Assembly: GCF_006345805.1 (NCBI RefSeq)
Contig: NC_043003.1
Location: 76,880,001-76,944,000, forward strand
Reading direction: 5' to 3'
Length of the DNA: 64,000 nucleotides
Origin: Octopus sinensis
Taxonomy: Eukaryota
Shown: positions 54,761-64,000 of the stretch, piece after piece
How the letters are laid out: every line of letters begins with the position of its first letter
Position numbering within the stretch: the first letter of the stretch is position 1
Program-made: the position numbers and the translations under genes
The notes under the pieces: generated by a model
What the model saw: only the letters and a program-made list of their open reading frames with translations
The model's database searches: none
What the model was told of the DNA's origin: nothing

Positions 54761-55931
54761 GTACTTAGGTATTTTCAAAATAAGACTTTTTAATTAGAAA
54801 TCACTTAGATATTAGCGCACATATGTTAACCTGGTCAAATAAAAAAATTATATTTAGTTAGAATTTAACAAATTCACACTAAGCCTTACAATTACAGGGT
54901 TTTTGTGAATTGAGAAAAAATATTATTAGAATTTCAACTTACAATTTTTATCTCAAATTAACAAAACTTCTAACATTTAAAAATGTATAAAACATTATTC
55001 TTATGGACTGGTCTGATTACCCAATTTGAAACGAAGATTTATCCCCTCTTTCTATTCCTCTTAAATCTATCCGTTTGTCTTATATGGTATCATATTCTCT
55101 TTGTGAATGGTCAGTGATGTGAATGTGTCCTAACCGAATTAAGGTTTCTTTCTACTACAATGTATATGAAATATTCTGTTCCACAAATATCTAAAATGAT
55201 CTTATAAAGTGATACCAGGACTATCGCCATACTGTTATTTCAACGCAAACTCTACTGTCGTGTAACCTGAGGTTTTATGATCTCTCGCCTTTAAGAAGGA
55301 TTACTTGGACAATCAGTTAGCTTCACTGTTGTATAGAAATGTCTGACTTAGAAGAATATGTACTGAAACCGAACCAACTAAATGCACATAAATACTAAAT
55401 CGAAGACCACTACAACACTTATCCAGCAAAAACACGTGTCAGCTTCTAATTTAATGAGAATTATACTGTAATAAATAAATTTTGAAGACATATAATACTC
55501 TATTCTTTTCTCTGTGTGTGTGTTTGTGTGTGTGAGAGAAAGAGTGTCTGTATGTATTTGTATTTGTATTGTGTCTGTATACATATTCACTAATGTTTAT
55601 CAATACGTATAATTCTAACTTGAACGAAAATACGGAGAGGATTGTGAAAGGCCTAAGAAATGTTTTATGAACAAAATATTCCAGATAAGACAGTATTAAG
55701 AAATGTCAGCGAATCTCTGATTTCTCTTGAAATATTTATGTAGCTCCTTTTCTTTTCTCTGCGTATTTTTATTCACTCTGCCATGGTAAATGCGAAAATA
55801 GCAAAGCTGTCATATTTTCAATATCCTTCTTTGTTAATGAACAAAAAACTGAAAAAAAATTCTATATACGAATATGTATGTATGTATATATATATATATA
55901 TATATATACATACACGCACCACGACATACGA

Positions 55932-55977
<46 letters not shown>

Positions 55978-56068
55978 AATATCATATATCATATATATAC
56001 ACGATATACACGATATATGATACGTATATATAATGTATGGTATTTTTCCAGAATACATATATATTTTA

Positions 56069-58142
56069 GCAGCAAAAAAAGCCAGGAAAAGGTGAAGCAT
56101 AACATTATGAATAAAAGAGATATCTCTTGAGAAATATAAGCGTCGAAACCCTAAAATCACAAAAGACAAACCATTATTTCATATCCCACCGTGTTTTTGC
56201 TGTCACTCCTTTAAACTTTCATTTCTTTCTCTCTCAATCTCTTTTACTGTCTCTCTATAGGTCTATATGCCTGTGTGCCGAGAGAGAGAGAAGAAAGAAT
56301 AAAAGAAACAAACAAGCAAAGAACGTCAGGGGAAGTCCATTTACTCACACATAAGCACTCATTCATAGCACTTACAGCTGTGAATATATATGTGGGTGTG
56401 GGTACTTGTGTGTGTATGTGTGTGTGTATGTATGTGCGTGCATGTATGTACGTGCGTGCGTGCTTGTATGTATGTATATTCAAATGAGACTCACAGTGGA
56501 TCATTATTCAAGTTTCCCAAGTATGCATAAATATTTTTGTAATTTGTTTCACTATCTTGAATACTATTTTGCTTATTAGCATATACTCTCGCGGGGTAAA
56601 ATTCATTTGCGTATAAGTGTGTGTGTGTGTATATATATATGTGTGTGTGCGTGTGCGTGTGTGTGTGTGTGCATTTTTTGTGTGTGTTTTTTCTTTGTGT
56701 GTGTGTGTACACAGGTCATTCCAAAGTTCCGTCAGCGCTTTTATACTGATTATTTCAAGTTCCCAGAAAATTCTAAATACCTTTTATAAGTATTTAATAT
56801 TACTAAATGCTTAGCGGCCTTTACTTTACAGTATTGTCGTTTGCCGCTACTTCTGAGTTCGAATTCCGCCGAGGTGGACTTTGCCTTTCATCCTTTTGAG
56901 TTGATTAAAATAATTACTAACTGAGCACTGGGATCGATCTTTTCGAAATTTATGGTTTTGTACCAAAATTTGAAACCGATATTATTTTCTTTGGTACACC
57001 TGTCAAAAATGTACGCCATCATGCTCAATCCATAATCGAACCTGTAAAAAATTCTGTGGTNNNNNNNNNNNNNNNNNNNNNNNNNNNNNNNNNNNNNNNN
57101 NNNNNNNNNNNNNNNNNNNNNNNNNNNNNNNNNNNNNNNNNNNNNNNNNNNNNNNNNNNNCAGCAAAAAAAGCCAGGAAAGGTGAAGCATAACATTATGA
57201 ATAAAAGAGATATCTCTGAGAATATAAGCGTTCGAAACCCTAAAATCACAAAAGACAAACATATTTCCTATCCCACCGTGTTTTTGCTGTCACTCCTTTA
57301 AACTTTCATTTCTTTTCTCTCAATCTCTTTTACTGTCTCTCTATAGGTCTATATGCCTGTGTGCCGAGAGAGAGAGAAGAAAGAATTAAAGAAACAAACA
57401 AGCAAAGAACGTCAGGGGAAGTCCTTTACTCACACATAAGCACTCATTCATAGCACTTACAGCTGTGAATATATATGTGGGTGTGGTTACTTTTGTGTGT
57501 ATGTGTGTGTGTATGTATGTGCGTGCATGTATGTACGTGCGTGCGTGCTGTATGTATGTATATTCAAATGAGACTCACAGTGGATCATTATTCAAGTTTC
57601 CCAGTATGCATAAATATTTTTGTAATTTGTTTCACTATCTTGATACTATTTGCTTATTAGCATATACTCTCTCGCGGGGTAAAATTCATTTGCGTATAAG
57701 TGTGGTGTGTGTTGTATTATATATGTGTGTGTGTGTGCGTGTGTGTGTGTGCATTTTTGTGTGTGTTTTTTCTTTTTGGTGTGTGTGTTTACACAGGTCA
57801 TTCCAAAGTTCCGTCAGCGCTTTTATACTGATTATTTCAAGTTCCCAGAAAATTCTAAATACCTTTTATAAGTATTTAATATTACTAAATGCTTAGCGGC
57901 CTTTACTTTACAGTATTTCGTTTGCCGCTACTTTCTGAGTTCGAATTCCGCCGAGGTGGACTTTGCCTTTCATCCTTTTTGAGTTGATAAAATAATTACT
58001 AACTGAGCACTGGGATCGATCTTTTCGAAATTTATGGTTTTGTACCAAAATTTGAAACCGATATTATTTTCTTTGGTACACCTGTCAAAAATGTACGCCA
58101 TCATGCTCAATCCATAATCGAACCTGTAAAAAATTCTGTGGT
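56069..58142. other. ~990-bp segment duplicated on both sides of a 100-N gap (57061-57160); probable assembly overlap; each copy includes a partial family B SINE
   Basis: 56069-57060 matches 57161-~58142 apart from mostly single-base indels; each copy ends or starts exactly at the gap. Confidence 0.85.
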
Positions 58143-58249
58143 TCAAATTTTCATCACTTCGATTTTTTGCATTTATACACTCAAAATACCTGATTGCAGC
58201 TCTGTTAGCTGATCTCGAAAATAGAAATTCCATGAACTGAGACCAGTTT

Positions 58250-58380
58250 TTGTGAGATCCAAATTTCATGGCAATTGTGGTTATAGGCTGGCTGAACATG
58301 GAGACAATATATTGAGGAGCACCATCTTGGTGTAGAATAGTGTTCAAAAATATTCTTTTCCTTTTCTTGTCTGATATCAT
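58250..58380 (-). mobile_element. Possible Tc1/mariner catalytic fragment
   Basis: ILHQDGAPQ motif only. Confidence 0.25.
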
Positions 58381-58616
58381 GTTTCAAGTACTCCAGTTAC
58401 ATCTTTTTTTTTTTTTGTAGATGTATTAAGAAATAGAGGGCAAAATTATAGTCACATTTTGGCGGCTCAGTGTTGTGGGCCAAGAAAGCAGAAATTTGAG
58501 TTGCTGAAATCAGCTTTCAACTGTTTTCCAAGGCTTTTTATAACGCTATACACGACGAAAACATTGGAGCTTAAATGCTAAATGGACTTCTTAATCACTT
58601 AGTGTGTGTATGTGTG

Positions 58617-58663
<47 letters not shown>

Positions 58664-58737
58664 CATGTCGCATAACTTTTAATACTTCGGTCTTCTTTTG
58701 CACACTTCAAGTATGTATGTATGTACTTATGTGTGTG

Positions 58738-58787
<50 letters not shown>

Positions 58788-58953
58788 ACATACGAACGTA
58801 TGTATATATGTATACAAATCATATTTGAGTAAATTATGTGTTATGTGTTTGTGTGTGTACGTGTAGACAGACAGACAGACAAACAGACAGAGAGAAGATG
58901 GATCATATATATATATTATATATAGATAGATAGATAGATAGATATAGATAGAT

Positions 58954-58997
<44 letters not shown>

Positions 58998-59039
58998 GTA
59001 GGATAGAGATAGATAGAAGATAGATAGATAGATAGATAC

Positions 59040-59079
<40 letters not shown>

Positions 59080-59620
59080 GAACTTTTCCATCAGATGTGT
59101 CCACTAGTCAAATTAGGCATAGATACCGAAACTATCCTGTAAGTTATAAACACAACCTAAATAAAGTTACTCTTATTTAAGCCACATATTTACTTGTATT
59201 GTTATTATATTTGTCTTTAAGAGTAAATACATCTGTATCCGCGTAGATGCATATAGAATAATGTGTGTTTATACGTATGTGTGTGTGTGTGTACGTGTCT
59301 TTGTATACAAATACGAGTGTAAGTGTTTGTGTGCCTGCCTATACACTAAAGTATATCAATGCACATTGTTCTAAATTAAGGAAAATACAAATAGGAAAGA
59401 CGAAGCACTAATGATATGCTTCACGAAGAAAACATTCCAGATAAGAGAGTGTTAGAAAATGTCAATGAATATCTGACTTCTCTTAAAATATTTATACAAC
59501 TCCATTTTCTTTCTTATATCTATTTTTATTCAAAAATAATTCCTCGTCACACGCCTTAGTAAACAATAATTACTGATTGCGATGTGCTTGATACATTATA
59601 TATATATATATATGTATATA

Positions 59621-59667
<47 letters not shown>

Positions 59668-59989
59668 TATATAATATATATATTATATATATATGAAATT
59701 ATATATACATACATACATTATATACATATATACATATATATATATATATACTATTATATATATATGTGTGCATGTGTGTATACATATATGTATATAGATA
59801 TAGACATATGGATTAGAGGGATAGATAGATAGATAAATACAGAGATATACAGAGAGAGAGAGAGAGAGAGATGTAATACTTTTATTCAGCGAAACGTGCG
59901 GGGTGTTAGCTAAAATTTCAGTAACACATTATTGCAAGTAGACGAAATTCGCTCATAATACATCAGTACTTATACGCACACACACACAC

Positions 59990-60030
<41 letters not shown>

Positions 60031-60031
60031 A

Positions 60032-60069
<38 letters not shown>

Positions 60070-60071
60070 AT

Positions 60072-60123
<52 letters not shown>

Positions 60124-60169
60124 ATATACAGCAGTTGCAAGTGTCACCAAACAAGAAATTATAAATGTC

Positions 60170-60710
60170 ACTAAATATGATTAGGGTGTTAAGAGCTAAA
60201 CCGCTCCAATATCGTAATGTAGTTAGCTCTTCTAGCAATGCAAGTGTTTCCTAACACTTTATTCACATTTAGTGGCATATATTTCTTTTATTCGTTTATT
60301 CTCTTACTTGTTTCCCCTTTTTAAGTAGTTAGCGATAGAGAGAATTGTCAAGCAGGTATCCGTTTTATCTGCATGGACGAGTATTCCTCTTTTTCGTTTT
60401 AGTTGCTTAGTTATGGAATATAGCTTTTGTAGATGAGGATTACCACTCAGTGGATATTCATGGAATCTAATATCTTTAACAATATTCCAGAGTTCGTCTT
60501 CAAAGAGTGATAAATTTTGGTTTGGTGGGTACTTTCCGTTGTACTTCCTCGTCAGTTTCATTGTTGGTGTGAGTTTTCTTCTTTTCATCATAAATATACG
60601 CACGCCATCTCATTCTGTTAATAAAGGACTTGGTTTCCTAGATTAGATTTTATTTGGGGGGGGGCGGTACAGGGATATCTTTAATTGATGCACCCAAATT
60701 TATTTTCTCT
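60170..60710 (-). mobile_element. Penelope-like element, N-terminal ORF fragment (degenerate)
   Basis: SIKDIPVP...SFINRMRWRAY and FEDELWNIVKDIRF...LVHADKT match the PLE SLKNIP, FIKRMRWK, FE.DL..IKF and ADKT motifs. Confidence 0.75.
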
Positions 60711-61334
60711 ATTCTCTATTATTCCAGACGAAGTTGATTTACAGTGAGAGGAGGGATATTTTATCCAGCCAGATACCGAATTTCTCAGAGTAAAATTCCA
60801 AGGCTGGTTCCTTCCGATGGTGTGTTTTTTTTTTTTTTTTTGCAATCTACCCTCAGCTCTCTCCCAGGTTTGGCTACTTAGAGTGTAAAAAACAATCTTC
60901 AAACTAGGAGAATGAAGAATTAAAACATTCAAACTGTTTGTTTATTTCCAGCTAGGATAAAAGTCCAACACGTGTTTCGATCGCACAAAACTGAACATTA
61001 TGGAAATAAAACTATTGTCGATGAGAAAATTATAAATAAAGATGCAGCTAAGGATTAAAATAATAAACATAAATAAAAACTATAGCCATGATAATGATAG
61101 GCAACTGTATAACAACAAGCATAACAACGTAACAAATAATAGCAAAATATAACATTCTAATAATGGAAAAAGCTATGATAACAATTTAAAACCCGGCCTA
61201 AATCAACTACTAAAAAATACAAAACAATAAAATTAAACGCAAAGTTTTATCGCAATGAGAAACAAAATTAGAACGTTCACTCCGACCTTAAACGATAACT
61301 ACAACCTAAACCATAATTGAAGAAATTTTTCTAA

Positions 61335-62225
61335 AGATCTAGAACGGATGATAATCCCCTTTTCAAGGTAGTTAACTCAAAAATACCTAGAATGTCCAAC
61401 GAGACACTGAATAATTTTTTTCCGATAAAGAATAAATACCATAATTTATTTACTAAGCCAAAAATAAGAATCAGTTTCTTTTTTAACTCTAAAAAGCTAG
61501 CTCAGCTGCCCACAACGCCAAACAAATTACTAAAGAACAGAACAATGATATTAATACGGTAAATAATAATGAAAACCTACGTAAAAGTAATAATAACTAT
61601 ACTAATTTTCAAAACGAAAAGATGATTAATCCAAATTCTATGAAAACACCACTAAAAAATAAATAACGATCCAAGGGAAAGAATTCAAATAAACAATTCT
61701 ATGGATTCTATAACTAATAAACAAACATACATGGTAACTAGAAAAAAATAGTGATTTTTATGCAACAATAACAATATAATCAGCTAAAACATAAAAGAAA
61801 CATAAATGTTATTAAATCTGTAACAAAAACGGAAATAACTTTATACAAGGAAAATGTGACTGCGCTAGGAGAACGCGATGTAAATGTTAAAATAACTGTA
61901 AAGTAAAATACCACTGTATATAGATGTATAGGCATAACTGATAAAAATAAATATTACTATATAAGTTTTACCCCTTTCTTTATAAAACAAAGGATACCAA
62001 ATCATGGAACTTCGTTTAGAAATAATACTAAGTAATTTTCAATAGGTTTTAGTAAACTTATATGGTTGCTGAATGATGAAAATATTAGATATTGATTAAA
62101 ATTGGAAATCATTAGTACGGTGAAACCTTATAAAATAGGGGTCGAAAGATGCAATTTCTGCCTGGAGTAATTATACCAAATATTTACATCGGAACATAGA
62201 TTAACACTAGACAAGAGAGAAATGT
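61335..62225 (+). mobile_element. Penelope-like element, post-RT region and GIY-YIG endonuclease (degenerate)
   Basis: DNPLF, NFFPIKNKYHNLF..KIRISF, KCDC, IKQRIPNHGTSFRN, SKLIWLLND and IISTVKPYKIGVERCNFCLE, spread over frameshifts and stops. Confidence 0.75.
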
Positions 62226-62639
62226 TATTTTTTATTTAAGCAATAGAATGCATTAATTTATATAATATCCATAAACCTTTCTAAACCTAACTATAATAAT
62301 TATAATTATTAAGAATATAAGAATTAAATTCAATTCATAGGCCTGTATTATATATAATTATTTGCAAGGGGTCTCCTTCATCGAAAACCGGTGTTTACCA
62401 TGCGTTGACGAGAGGCAATTACCTTGAAACTATAGTCCGTATGTAGCATTTAGGTTTTCGAGGGAGGATGACCTCCCTTTGCAAATAACACAAGGGCACT
62501 GAGATTGTGTCTAAAGTCCATCTGGTGACGTTGATCGCCTGGGGCTAAAAGCATCAGTAACACCCCACCCCCAATGGCTAGCCACATTCAGATGGCTAGT
62601 ACACCTTACGTTGTCGAGCGGTTACTGTTTATATCTCGT

Positions 62640-62693
62640 TTTTTACTTATATGTTTCAAAGCGTTTTTACGCTTTGAAACATATAAGTAAAAA
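62640..62693. repeat. Perfect 25-bp inverted repeat with 4-nt TTTT loop
   Basis: TTTTTACTTATATGTTTCAAAGCGT-tttt-ACGCTTTGAAACATATAAGTAAAAA. Confidence 0.9.
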
Positions 62694-62940
62694 GTAACGT
62701 TAAAAGAATTGAAAATACAACTATTTCTTTTCTTTTTTAATAACCACGAAGTTCCTACTGATTAACAATTATCCACTACTACTATTAATAACCTTCACAA
62801 CATTCAAATAATACAATCAACTCTGAATTCTATCACTATGACTTGTAACTAAAAAGTATGTAGTGCAATTAAAAGAATAAGTATATATATATCTGTAAAT
62901 GATATATATATATATATACTTAAAGATTTTTCCGATGGCC

Positions 62941-63002
62941 GAATAACTGAAGAGATGGCGGTGTGGATTTCCACCTCGGCATCCGAAACTCGGAGTTTTA
63001 TC
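62941..63002 (+). ncRNA. Type I hammerhead ribozyme-like motif downstream of the PLE ORF
   Basis: ATAA-CTGAAGA-GATG(...)CATC-C-GAAA-CTC(G)GAGT-T-TTAT; one extra C at the stem II base. Confidence 0.5.
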
Positions 63003-63336
63003 ATGGCTACCGAATAATTGTTACATATTAAATTTACAGATAAATTCCTCTATCTATCTATATACATACATATATATATATATATATGTATGTATATGTA
63101 TATATATATATATATATATATACACAGCAGACTGTTCTTGCAGCAAACGATATAAATATGAGTGCTTTTTATGTACCATGCGTCCATATTAGAGGTCATC
63201 TCAAAGTATAGAATGCAGAATTCGGTGATATAACAAACCTTGTACGTTAAGTTGGACATAAAAGTTTGACTTCGATATTAAAACCGCTTCTGTCACTATT
63301 AATTAATTGTATATACAAACATGCAAACACACACAC

Positions 63337-63395
<59 letters not shown>

Positions 63396-64000
63396 TATGT
63401 ACCAAGAGATAGATAGAGAGAGAGAAAGAGAACTATAAAGATATATGTATATATAGGTCTTATTAATATGTGGTCTAATATATGTGGTGCGTGTTGATAT
63501 GTGTATCTTTACGTAAGTGTATATATTCAGAAGTGTTTTTGTATCTATAGATATACAATTCTGTTTATTTCAGTGTGTATGCGTGTGCATATATGTGTAT
63601 GTATGAGTCTACACAGGAGCAGGCAAAATCAACACCCACGTACAAAACCATTATATTTAAAGCATTAATCAAAATTATTATTTAAAAGATATATTTTTGA
63701 ATATTGCTTAAAACAGCAAGAACCAAGAAAGAAAGAAACCCGTGCTTGCAGCAGCTGTGTTTGTACGTGTTGTTCACAAAGGTTTTCCAGCAGAAGAACA
63801 AAAGGATAAGCGTTTTATTCAAATTTTCATTTCGTATTGCACGAAACCTATTCAAACAGTGGTATTTCTAAAGAAAACTATGCTCAGTTTACCGGTTGAT
63901 CGTCGGAAACGGCAAACTCTGAGTACTGGAAATCGGAGCCTATTGGTTATAATGTATTAGAGAAAACATTTTTATTAAGTCTTGTAATTTATCGCATTTA

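Noticed and set aside
60962-60985. GAAACACGTGTT hammerhead 3' half on the minus strand
   Set aside because: No upstream CUGANGA core or stem II.

Overview
AT-rich animal genomic DNA, almost entirely non-coding, dense in (TA)n, (CA)n, (CATA)n, (GATA)n, (AAT)n and (GGT)n microsatellites. The SINE families resemble those I recall from Octopus genomes (inference; no search run). No complete protein-coding gene is visible. The best host exon candidate is 44894-45094 (minus strand). Most ORF-track entries are microsatellite translations. Transposon relics include mariner, Tc1, Penelope-like elements (PLE), an RLE-type LINE, a probable Ty3/Gypsy fragment, a Helentron-type element and many tRNA-derived SINEs. 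Three kinds of minimal hammerhead-ribozyme-like motif are present. The standout is 1-6390, a composite satellite with three modules: phased GAAAATTTTC decamers, blocks of a 32-bp minisatellite, and a ~200-bp cassette. The cassette has a TATA box followed by the first ~36 codons of a CRESS-DNA (circovirus-like) Rep, MPHHPRYTRFCFTLNNYDDVDVYRLQHMEHIRYMVF, containing RCR motif I. Ten copies retain the ATG and several more are partial. The array flips orientation near 2000-2040, so the viral cassettes converge like a giant imperfect hairpin. A 100-N gap at 57061-57160 is flanked by a ~1-kb duplication that is probably an assembly artefact.
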